A stretch of DNA of 42,442 nucleotides from Acutalibacteraceae bacterium (GTDB taxonomy: Bacteria > Bacillota > Clostridia > Oscillospirales > Acutalibacteraceae), in NCBI GenBank assembly GCA_045615225.1, contig JAZLEK010000002.1:1-42442 (forward strand). The letters are read 5' to 3'. How positions within the stretch are numbered: position 1 is the first letter of the stretch; each line of letters begins with the position of its first letter. A program made the translations under genes and the position numbers. Below the pieces are notes generated by a model. The model worked only from the letters and a program-made list of their open reading frames with translations. It had not been told where the DNA came from and searched no databases. Positions 32,477-40,519 of this stretch are shown here, piece after piece.

Positions 32477-34873
32477 ATGATAGAAAACACTATTGAAAAC
32501 ACAAAAATTCTGCCGGCTTTAGCGCTCAGAGGGCTTGTATGCTTCCCCGGTGTTATGCTTCACTTTGACGTGGGAAGAAAAAAGTCTATAAAGGCGCTCA
32601 ATGCTGCAATGGAAAAGGGACAGAGAATTTTCCTTGTTTCCCAGAAAAATGTTTACGACGAAGAGCCGAGTGATGACGAAATCTATGATATAGGCTGTGT
32701 GGCAAGAATCTGTCAGGTGCTTCGCATGTCGGACGACAGCGTAAAGGTACTCGTTGAAGGTCTTTACAGAGCTAAGATGGTAGAGCTTGACATCAGCGGA
32801 AGTTTCCTTACTGCAAAGGTGAAAAAATGCGAAATTCCTTTAGTTCGTAACCGTAAGGTATATCTTGAAACCTTAGCAAGAAAAATCCGTTTTGAGTTTG
32901 AATCTTATGCGTCGAAGGGAATAAAACTTGCCCCCGATATTGCCGCAACGGTTGCTTCAAATGACGATGTTGGCTTCCTTGCCGATTTTATCACCTTTAA
33001 TATACCTGTTCCTGTTGACGATAAACAGTTTGTTTTAGAACAGCTTAACCCTGTAACCAGAGCAAAGGTTGCCTTAGAACTGCTCGGCAAAGAGGGTCAA
33101 ATCATTGATATTGACCGCAAAATAGGTGAAAAAGTAAGAACTCAAATTGATGATAATCAGCGCGAATATTATCTTCGCGAACAAATTAAGGCAATCAATT
33201 TCGAGCTTTACGGCGATACAGCCGAGGATGAAGCCGATGAATATTCCGCTAAAATAGAAAAGCTTAAAGCCGATGATTCTGTTAAAGAAAAGCTTAAAGC
33301 AGAGCTTACAAAGCTTCAAAAAATGCCTGTGGGCTCCCACGAGGGAACGGTTGTAAGAGGTTATCTCGACACCTGTCTTTCACTTCCTTGGAACACCTAT
33401 ACAGACAGCAAAATCGATATTTCCAAATCCGAAAAAATTCTTGACCGTGATTTTTACGGTATGGAAAAGGTTAAGGAAAGAATAATAGAACAACTGTCTG
33501 TTTATATGCTTAACCCCGATATAAAAGGACAAATTATTTGTCTTGTCGGCCCTCCGGGCGTGGGTAAAACCTCTATTGCAAAATCTATCGCCGAATGTAT
33601 GGGCAGAAAATATGCGCGCATATCTCTCGGCGGTATTCACGACGAAGCAGAAATCAGAGGCCACAGAAAAACCTATATCGGCGCAATGCCGGGCAAAATT
33701 ATAAACGCTGTAAAAGATGCAGGCAGCAGCAATCCCCTTATCCTTTTAGACGAAATAGATAAGCTTGCGTCTGACTACAAGGGCGACCCTGCAGCCGCGC
33801 TTTTAGAGGTGCTCGATAAAGAACAAAACCACACCTTTGTCGACCATTTTGTAGATATGTCCTACGATTTAAGCCGTGTTGTATTTTTAACAACGGCAAA
33901 TAACGCGTCTACAATTCCAGCGCCTTTGCTTGACCGTATGGAAGTAATTGAACTTACCTCATATACAAGACAGGAAAAGTTTGAAATTGCTAAAAGACAC
34001 CTTGTTAAAAAGGAAATTAAAAATCACGGTCTTTGCGGAAAAACGCTCAAAATAGAAGATGAGGCTCTGTTCGATTTGATTGATTTTTATACCAGAGAAG
34101 CGGGTGTCCGAAAGCTTGAACGCACCATAGCCACCCTTTGCCGTAAAAGCGCAAAGCTTATTGCGTCGGGTGAAAAGAAGTCGGTAAAAATTAGTTCTGA
34201 CGTGCTTACTGAAATGCTTGGAAAACACAAATATCTGCCCGAAGAAATCCTCAAAAATGACGAGGTTGGAATAATCAACGGTCTTGCCTGGACTTCTGTC
34301 GGTGGCGAAGTAATGCAGATGGAAGTATCTGTAATGGAGGGAACAGGTAAGATAGAACTTACAGGCTCGCTTGGAGATGTTATGAAAGAATCGGCAAAGG
34401 CTGCGGTTTCTTATGTCAGAGCAAATGCCGAAAAATACCTTATCAATCCCGATTTTTACAAAACTAAGGATATTCACATTCACGCAACCGAAAACGCTGT
34501 TCCAAAAGACGGACCAAGCGCCGGCGTTACAATGACAACCGCTTTGGTTTCTGCTCTTACGGGTGTGCCTGTAAAAAGAGATGTTGCAATGACGGGTGAG
34601 GTTACAATTAGAGGCAGAGTTCTCGCTATCGGAGGACTCAAAGAAAAGACGATGGCGGCTTACAGAGCAGGGGTTAAAACTGTGTTTATTCCAAAAGCAA
34701 ATGAACGCGACCTTGCCGAGCTTGATAAAACCGTTCTCAGCAATATTAAGTTTGTAACTGCCGAAAACGTAGAAACGGTTATAAACGGCGCGCTTGCCTT
34801 CCCTAAGAGTGAGGAAGAAGCCTATATTCCTGTTGCGGAATTTAATAAAACTGCGGCTGTTATCAGCCAGTAG
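32477..34873 (+). CDS. lon: ATP-dependent endopeptidase La (Lon protease)
   Basis: 798 aa with Walker A GPPGVGKTS and the protease serine motif PKDGPSAGVTM. Confidence 0.95.
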   Translation: MIENTIENTKILPALALRGLVCFPGVMLHFDVGRKKSIKALNAAMEKGQRIFLVSQKNVYDEEPSDDEIYDIGCVARICQVLRMSDDSVKVLVEGLYRAKMVELDISGSFLTAKVKKCEIPLVRNRKVYLETLARKIRFEFESYASKGIKLAPDIAATVASNDDVGFLADFITFNIPVPVDDKQFVLEQLNPVTRAKVALELLGKEGQIIDIDRKIGEKVRTQIDDNQREYYLREQIKAINFELYGDTAEDEADEYSAKIEKLKADDSVKEKLKAELTKLQKMPVGSHEGTVVRGYLDTCLSLPWNTYTDSKIDISKSEKILDRDFYGMEKVKERIIEQLSVYMLNPDIKGQIICLVGPPGVGKTSIAKSIAECMGRKYARISLGGIHDEAEIRGHRKTYIGAMPGKIINAVKDAGSSNPLILLDEIDKLASDYKGDPAAALLEVLDKEQNHTFVDHFVDMSYDLSRVVFLTTANNASTIPAPLLDRMEVIELTSYTRQEKFEIAKRHLVKKEIKNHGLCGKTLKIEDEALFDLIDFYTREAGVRKLERTIATLCRKSAKLIASGEKKSVKISSDVLTEMLGKHKYLPEEILKNDEVGIINGLAWTSVGGEVMQMEVSVMEGTGKIELTGSLGDVMKESAKAAVSYVRANAEKYLINPDFYKTKDIHIHATENAVPKDGPSAGVTMTTALVSALTGVPVKRDVAMTGEVTIRGRVLAIGGLKEKTMAAYRAGVKTVFIPKANERDLAELDKTVLSNIKFVTAENVETVINGALAFPKSEEEAYIPVAEFNKTAAVISQ

Positions 34874-34882
34874 GAGATTGAA

Positions 34883-35467
34883 ATGAATTTTAACAATGCT
34901 TATTTTGAAAAGGCATTTGGCACCTTTAGTCAACTTGAAGCGTCCGATTTGCCCGAATTTTGCTTTTCGGGTCGTTCAAATGTTGGAAAATCTTCCCTTA
35001 TAAACAAAATAACGGGCCGTAAATCACTTGCGCGTGTAAGCGGTAAGCCGGGCAAAACAGTTACCATCAACTTTTACCGCGCCGACAATATTCGCATTGT
35101 CGATTTACCGGGATATGGTTACGCGAAGGTACCCTTTGCCGAACGTACCCGTTGGTCTGATTTAATGGAAGGTTATTTTAAATCGGGAAGAAATATAAAA
35201 TGTGTTTTTGCCCTTATCGATATGCGCCATCCACCAAGTGATTTCGATATGTCAATGCTCGACTTTATGTGGGCTATGGATATTAAATATCATATCGTGC
35301 TCACTAAAAGCGATAAACTTAATAAAACCGAATATAAAGAACGCCTTGAAGCCATAAGAGAAGAGCTTGGAGATTTTGCGGAAGGCTGTGAAATCATTCC
35401 TTTTTCAGCCACAACCGGCGAAGGTGCAGACAAAATTAAAGAAATAATTGAAATACAGCGAGGCTAA
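34883..35467 (+). CDS. engB: Ribosome biogenesis GTP-binding protein YsxC/EngB
   Basis: 194 aa with G1 GRSNVGKSSLIN, G3 DLPGYG and G4 TKSDK. The lon-engB order is conserved in Firmicutes. Confidence 0.9.
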   Translation: MNFNNAYFEKAFGTFSQLEASDLPEFCFSGRSNVGKSSLINKITGRKSLARVSGKPGKTVTINFYRADNIRIVDLPGYGYAKVPFAERTRWSDLMEGYFKSGRNIKCVFALIDMRHPPSDFDMSMLDFMWAMDIKYHIVLTKSDKLNKTEYKERLEAIREELGDFAEGCEIIPFSATTGEGADKIKEIIEIQRG

Positions 35468-35468
35468 A

Positions 35469-36764
35469 ATGTTAACAAATAGTTTTAATGTTAATGAAAA
35501 GGGGCACCTTACTTTAGGCGGTGTAGATACCGTAGAACTTGCAAACAAATATGGTACCCCCCTTTATGTTTTAGATGAAAATGATATAAGAAATAATTGC
35601 AGACAGTTTAAAGATGCTTTCGATAAGTATTACGACGGTAATGCAAAGGTTTACTATGCAAGTAAAGCTTTTTCCTGTAAGGAAATGTACCGCATTGTAA
35701 ACTGCGAAGGCGTGTATGCAGACGTTGTATCGGGCGGTGAGCTTTACACCGCATTGTCGGCGGGCTTTCCTGCCGAAAATATCGGTTTTCACGGCAACAA
35801 CAAAACCCCTGAAGAACTCAGCTTTGCGCTCGATTCGGGTGTCGGAAGAATTATCGTAGACAATATTTTTGAGCTTCACACCTTAAACTCTCTTGCAAAG
35901 GAAAAGGGGGTTTGTCAAAAAATACTTTTTCGCATAAAGCCCGGAATTGACTGTCACACCCACGACTATATAAAAACAGGACAAATTGACTGTAAATTCG
36001 GTTTTGCCCTTGAAAACGGCGAAGCGCATGAAGCCGCATCAGAAGCCTGTAAGCTCGAAAATATTGAGTTTGTGGGTATTCATTGCCATATAGGTTCGCA
36101 AATTTTTGAAACCCAGCCCTTTGTTGACGCGGCGGATATTATGATTTCTTTTGCAAAGAATATTGAAGAAAGCTTTGGCAAAGCATTAACCGAAATCAAT
36201 TTTGGCGGAGGCTACGGAATTAAATATCTTGAAACAGATAAGCCCGTACCAAAGGATGAAAGCATACGAATTCTTTGCGCCGCGGTAAAGTCCGCTTGTG
36301 AAAAGCATAATTTTGCTTTGCCGACTCTGTCCATTGAGCCGGGTCGCTCTATTGTAGGGGACTCAAATTTGACCCTTTACAAAATCGGCGTGGTAAAAAC
36401 TATACAGAATGTTCGTACCTATGTGTCGGTAGACGGCGGAATGTCGGACAACCCTCGTTATGCGCTTTACGGGGCAGATTATGAAGCGGTTGTGGCAAAC
36501 AAAGCCGACAAACCGCGCGATTTTGTGGCAACAATTGCAGGCAAATGCTGCGAAAGCGGAGATTTAATTCAGGAACACACAAAAATTCAGACCCCCGAAG
36601 TAGGAGATACCTTAGCCGTTCTTGCAACAGGCGCCTATAACTATTCAATGGCAAGTAACTATAACCGAATTCCCCGTCCTGCAGCTGTTATGGTTAAGGA
36701 TGGAGAAGCACGAGTTATAATCGAAAGAGAAACCTTTGAAGATTTAATAAGTAAGGATGTTTAA
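35469..36764 (+). CDS. lysA: Diaminopimelate decarboxylase
   Basis: PLP-lysine context (VYYASKAFS), HIGSQ, GGGYG, and EPGRSIVG with the CESGD motif. I take the start at ATG 35469, one nt after the engB stop. Confidence 0.93.
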   Translation: MLTNSFNVNEKGHLTLGGVDTVELANKYGTPLYVLDENDIRNNCRQFKDAFDKYYDGNAKVYYASKAFSCKEMYRIVNCEGVYADVVSGGELYTALSAGFPAENIGFHGNNKTPEELSFALDSGVGRIIVDNIFELHTLNSLAKEKGVCQKILFRIKPGIDCHTHDYIKTGQIDCKFGFALENGEAHEAASEACKLENIEFVGIHCHIGSQIFETQPFVDAADIMISFAKNIEESFGKALTEINFGGGYGIKYLETDKPVPKDESIRILCAAVKSACEKHNFALPTLSIEPGRSIVGDSNLTLYKIGVVKTIQNVRTYVSVDGGMSDNPRYALYGADYEAVVANKADKPRDFVATIAGKCCESGDLIQEHTKIQTPEVGDTLAVLATGAYNYSMASNYNRIPRPAAVMVKDGEARVIIERETFEDLISKDV

Positions 36765-36769
36765 TCTTT

Positions 36770-37657
36770 ATGGTGGAATTTAAATCGCCAACTTTAAGCG
36801 ACTATGAAAAATTCGCCCCATTCTTTTTTGATGAGGGTGAATTTTCTTGTGAAATGAATTTCATTAGTATTTATATTTGGAAAGCTGTATATGAAAATAA
36901 GTTTTATTTAGATGATAAAACTCTGTTTTTCAGAAGCACAAGCGATGACGGTGGCTATGTTTTTTCACTGCCTTACGGCGATATGGAATACGGAATGGAC
37001 CTTATTTTTCAGTATTGCAAGAAGAAGGGGATTAAGCCAAACATCTGGACTTCCAAAGGCAAAAGACTTGAAGCCTTCCTTCAAAAATATGACTGTTATG
37101 CATTAATTCCCGAAAGAGATAATTTTGATTATATTTATAAAAGGGAAGCCCTAAGCACACTTGCTGGTAAAAAATACCATTCCAAACGGAATCATATATC
37201 GGCTTTTTCTAAAAAATACAATTGGATTTATGAGCCGTTAAGTAATGAAAACAAACAGGAATTTTTAGATTTTTCAGAAAAGTGGTATTTCGACCGCGCC
37301 GATGTTTACGATGAAGGACTTGCCGCGGAGCAAAAGGCGCTTAGTGAAATTTTAAATTCAGATGTCGGTATAAAATATAAAGGCGCTTTAATCAGAATAG
37401 ATGGTAAGGTTGTGGCGGTTACAATGGGCTCGCCCATAAATTCCAAGGTTTTTGATATCCACTTTGAAAAGGCTGATGCCGATTACCAAACTGCTTACGC
37501 CGTAATAAACCGCGAGTTTGCTTTAAGAGAGCTTAGCGACTATGAATATATAAACCGCGAGGACGACCTTGGAATAGAGGGGCTTCGCAAAGCCAAGCTT
37601 TCCTACAAACCCGAAATTCTTCTAGAAAAATACAGTATGATATATAATGGTGAATAG
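36770..37657 (+). CDS. DUF2156 (phosphatidylglycerol lysyltransferase C-terminal-like, GNAT-fold) domain protein, soluble
   Basis: 295 aa with no TM segment. Motifs typical of the MprF C-terminal/DUF2156 family: FDYIYKREALSTLAGKKYHSKRNHISAFSKKY and YINREDDLGIEGLRKAKLSYKPE. Confidence 0.8.
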   Translation: MVEFKSPTLSDYEKFAPFFFDEGEFSCEMNFISIYIWKAVYENKFYLDDKTLFFRSTSDDGGYVFSLPYGDMEYGMDLIFQYCKKKGIKPNIWTSKGKRLEAFLQKYDCYALIPERDNFDYIYKREALSTLAGKKYHSKRNHISAFSKKYNWIYEPLSNENKQEFLDFSEKWYFDRADVYDEGLAAEQKALSEILNSDVGIKYKGALIRIDGKVVAVTMGSPINSKVFDIHFEKADADYQTAYAVINREFALRELSDYEYINREDDLGIEGLRKAKLSYKPEILLEKYSMIYNGE

Positions 37658-38305
37658 ATGAATTTTAAAGAACAAGCACTAAGTCTTTATAAAAAGGTTT
37701 TTCATGAAGACGGTGAAGATTTTGCAAAGACCTTTACAGATAAATATTTTGATAAATGTTGCCGCTTTATAGAAAAAGACGGTAAAATTGTTTCTATGCT
37801 ATATCTGCTTGACTGTAAGGTTTTCGACGGCGAGGCAACATATTCTGCCTTTTATCTTTATGCTGCCGCAACACACCCCGATTACAGAAACAAGGGACTA
37901 ATGAGCAAACTTATTTCTTCTGTGCTGAAAGAAGATAAAGTAATAATTACAAAACCTGCAAATGATAAGCTTTTTTCTTTTTATGAAAAGTTCGGCTTTA
38001 CCGTTTGTTCATTTAAGGATGAAATAAAAAAAGAGTTTCCTAAAGAAGAAACCCTAAATTTAGAACAATATATAGAATTGCGAAAAAAACTTCTTATTAA
38101 TATTCCTCATATTGTTTTATCGGATGCAGAATTTGCTTTAGATAGCCTTAATCTTTTTGGAAACGGCGTTTATGTAGCCGCTGTAGATGAAGACGGAAAG
38201 GTTAAAGAATATATAAATCAAAAAGTTCTCAAAGCTGAAAAGCCTTTTGCTATGTGGAATAAAAATACAGGTCATAATTTATATTTCGGTATTGCTATGG
38301 ACTAA
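37658..38305 (+). CDS. GNAT family N-acyltransferase
   Basis: 215 aa with acyl-CoA-binding motif context (ATHPDYRNKGLMSKLI...FYEKFGF). Its ATG abuts the upstream TAG stop. Confidence 0.72.
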   Translation: MNFKEQALSLYKKVFHEDGEDFAKTFTDKYFDKCCRFIEKDGKIVSMLYLLDCKVFDGEATYSAFYLYAAATHPDYRNKGLMSKLISSVLKEDKVIITKPANDKLFSFYEKFGFTVCSFKDEIKKEFPKEETLNLEQYIELRKKLLINIPHIVLSDAEFALDSLNLFGNGVYVAAVDEDGKVKEYINQKVLKAEKPFAMWNKNTGHNLYFGIAMD

Positions 38306-38330
38306 AAAGAGATGCTAACGCATCTCTTTT
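38305..38330. terminator. Bidirectional intrinsic terminator between convergent genes
   Basis: AAAAGAGATGC-TAAC-GCATCTCTTTT. Confidence 0.78.
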
Positions 38331-39173
38331 TTAATATTTTTCTTTCCCCTCAAAGCCAATAAGCAGTCCACCGGATTCTGCATAAAAACTGCAAAGCGCT
38401 TTTGTTTCACGAATTATCGTAACGGCATTATTGAAAAGTTTTTTGATTTCTTCTTTAATAATCAGCGCGGCTTCAATATTTTGACAGTGATGAATATGTA
38501 CCTTGCCGCCGGAATAACCCTCGTTTAGCATATTTTTAATTATGGTGGCATAAGCCTTCGCGGCGCCTCTGCATTTATCGGTCAATTCAAGGGTTCCCGT
38601 CATACTGGCTTTACCCACAACGCGAATACCCAAAATGCCTGAAATTTTTGCGACAGCACTATTTACTCTGCCGTTGTTGGCAAGATTTCTAAGTGATTCA
38701 AGACAAAAAAGAAGATGGGTGCTTTTCTGGTATTCTGTAATTTTCTCTTTGATTTCATCAAATCCCATGCCATTTTCAATCAGTGAAACAAGTTTTTCAA
38801 TTATTAGGGTGCTTTCGGGTCCAACAGATAGTGTATCTACAACAAAAACATTACGGTCCGGGTGCGCTTCTGAATATTCTTCGGCTGCAATTCTGGCAGC
38901 ATTATAACTACCTGATAAATTTCTTGTTATGGCAACACAAAATATGTTTTCATAATCTTCAAAAGCATCGAGCCATTCAGAAGCATTCGGACAAGATGAT
39001 TTGGATGCGCCCTTATACTTTTTCAGGTCATCTATCATTTCATCGACATTAAGACTGTCAATGTCAACATATTCTTTTTCGTCGGTAATAATTTTAAGCG
39101 GTACGCTCGAAAAGGGAACAGTGTTTAAACAGTGCAAATCGGAGGAAGAGTCTGATACAATTTTAAATTTCAT
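38331..39173 (-). CDS. DegV family fatty-acid-binding protein
   Basis: 280 aa. The MKFKIVSDSSSDL N-terminus is typical of DegV. AAGGTGA RBS. Confidence 0.9.
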   Translation of the reverse strand: MKFKIVSDSSSDLHCLNTVPFSSVPLKIITDEKEYVDIDSLNVDEMIDDLKKYKGASKSSCPNASEWLDAFEDYENIFCVAITRNLSGSYNAARIAAEEYSEAHPDRNVFVVDTLSVGPESTLIIEKLVSLIENGMGFDEIKEKITEYQKSTHLLFCLESLRNLANNGRVNSAVAKISGILGIRVVGKASMTGTLELTDKCRGAAKAYATIIKNMLNEGYSGGKVHIHHCQNIEAALIIKEEIKKLFNNAVTIIRETKALCSFYAESGGLLIGFEGKEKY

Positions 39174-39277
39174 AAAGTCACCTTAATTTTTATATCTAAA
39201 ATATGTAGTTTTGAAAACCATATGTTTTAATTATAACAACAAAATCGATTTTTGTCAAGGAAACTTTAAAGGTGAAC

Positions 39278-39306
39278 TTGACTTTAGATAGTAAAGGTAA
39301 TATACT
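39278..39306 (+). promoter_or_regulatory. Putative sigma-A promoter of azlCD
   Basis: TTGACT-17 nt-TATACT. It overlaps the track start TTG at 39306, which argues for the ATG 39327 start. Confidence 0.45.
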
Positions 39307-39326
39307 TGACTGCGGTGATACAACAG

Positions 39327-40052
39327 ATGATACAAAACAGCTTTAAAAGGGGAGTGCTCGACGGGATACCGATTGGCGTCGGTTATTTATCGGTTGCTTT
39401 CGCTTTTGGTATAATGGCGGTGCAGTGCGGTCTTTCTCCGCTTGAAGCTCTGCTTATTTCAATGACAAACTTAACCTCTGCAGGTCAGCTCGCAGGAATC
39501 CCCATAATTGCTGGTGGCGGAAGCTTTATAGAGCTTGCGCTTGCTCAGCTTATAATAAACTCCCGTTACGCGCTTATGTCGGTTTCTCTTTCTCAAAAGC
39601 TCGACAGCAAGGTTACACTGCTGCAAAGATTACTTATAGCTTTTGGAAATACCGATGAAATATTTGCCGTTTCAATGGGCAACAAAGGCAAAATAGGTCA
39701 AATATATTTTTACGGTGTAATGCTTACCGCCTGGATAGGCTGGAGCTCGGGCACAATTATCGGTGCGCTTGCGGGCGCAGCGCTGCCTAAAATTATAACC
39801 TCGGCTCTCTCTGTTGCAATTTACGCTATGCTCGTAGCCGTTGTAGTGCCGAAGATAAAAGAAGATAAAAATTGTGCATTTTGTGTTGCTTTGGCTGTAG
39901 TTCTTAGCTGTGGCTTCAACTTTTTACCTCTTCTTAAAGAGTTTGCCTCAAATTATGGCGGTTTCGTAATAATTATCTGTGCCGTAGTTGCAAGTACCGT
40001 TATGGCGCTTGTTCATCCTGTAAAAGAGGAGGAACAGATAAATGAGTGTTAG
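39327..40052 (+). CDS. azlC: AzlC family branched-chain amino acid exporter subunit
   Basis: MIQNSFKRGVLDGIPIGVGYLSVAFAFGIMAV is an AzlC-like N-terminus, and the protein is polytopic. The alternative start is TTG 39306. Confidence 0.82.
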   Translation: MIQNSFKRGVLDGIPIGVGYLSVAFAFGIMAVQCGLSPLEALLISMTNLTSAGQLAGIPIIAGGGSFIELALAQLIINSRYALMSVSLSQKLDSKVTLLQRLLIAFGNTDEIFAVSMGNKGKIGQIYFYGVMLTAWIGWSSGTIIGALAGAALPKIITSALSVAIYAMLVAVVVPKIKEDKNCAFCVALAVVLSCGFNFLPLLKEFASNYGGFVIIICAVVASTVMALVHPVKEEEQINEC

Positions 40053-40365
40053 AGCAGAGTTTATTCCTTATCTCATAGTTATGGCAGGCGTAACATACCT
40101 TATACGTATGATTCCTATGGCACTTATAAGGAAAAAAATAAAAAACAGATTTATTTTATCTTTTCTTTATTATGTTCCTTATGCGGTTTTGTCGGCGATG
40201 GTCGTCCCCGCAATATTCTTTGCTTCGGGTAATATAATTACAGGAGTAGTAGGCTTTGTTGTTGCAGTTGTCGTGGCATTTTTCAGCAAAAGTTTAGTAA
40301 TAGTTGCATCTTGTTCTTGTTTATCTGTGCTTATTGCCGAATTTGTTTTAAGGTATCTTTTATAG
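40042..40365 (+). CDS. azlD: AzlD family branched-chain amino acid transport protein
   Basis: 107 aa, very hydrophobic. 11-nt overlap with azlC. GAGGAGG RBS. Confidence 0.8.
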   Translation: MSVRAEFIPYLIVMAGVTYLIRMIPMALIRKKIKNRFILSFLYYVPYAVLSAMVVPAIFFASGNIITGVVGFVVAVVVAFFSKSLVIVASCSCLSVLIAEFVLRYLL

Positions 40366-40394
40366 TTGACAAAATTTAAAAGTAAGATTATAAT
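40366..40394 (+). promoter_or_regulatory. Consensus sigma-A promoter of the pflB leader
   Basis: TTGACA (40366..40371)-17 nt-TATAAT (40389..40394), a perfect match to consensus. Confidence 0.75.
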
Positions 40395-40401
40395 ATGTAT
40401 A

Positions 40402-40474
40402 GATTTTACATGACTGACGGATTTGCGGATAACCGCAAGGAAGTGTAAAATTTTTATGCCGACCGTCTGGGCAA
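40402..40474 (+). promoter_or_regulatory. ZTP/ZMP riboswitch aptamer (pfl motif)
   Basis: P1 is ATTTTACA (40403..40410) with TGTAAAAT (40444..40451). P2 is TTGCGG-ATAA-CCGCAA (40423..40438). Conserved UGACUGACGG and CCGACCGUCUGGGCA blocks are present. GACGG (40416..40420) is complementary to CCGTC (40463..40467), giving the pseudoknot. It lies upstream of pflB, the gene context that named the motif. Confidence 0.82.
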
Positions 40475-40500
40475 TCAGTTTTTACTGGTTGCCCTTTTTT
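40469..40500 (+). terminator. Riboswitch expression platform: intrinsic terminator overlapping the aptamer 3' end
   Basis: GGGCAATCAG (40469..40478)-TTTTTA-CTGGTTGCCC (40485..40494), 10 bp with one G-U pair, then TTTTTT. The 5' arm shares GGGCA with the conserved aptamer 3' block. Confidence 0.78.
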
Positions 40501-40519
40501 GTTGATATGGAGGTAAATT

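Noticed and set aside
33959-34933. 324-aa minus-strand ORF inside lon, and similar long antisense ORFs (8265..8846 in thyX, 21156..21686 in glgP, 27506..27910 in htrA, 1343..1759 in the flavin reductase-like gene)
   Set aside because: All lie fully inside strongly supported genes on the opposite strand. Their composition is shadow-frame-like (Phe/Arg/Ser/Cys-rich) and I found no RBS or recognisable motif.
35440-35470. Possible lysine (L-box) riboswitch upstream of lysA
   Set aside because: There is no intergenic space. lysA starts 1 nt after the engB stop.
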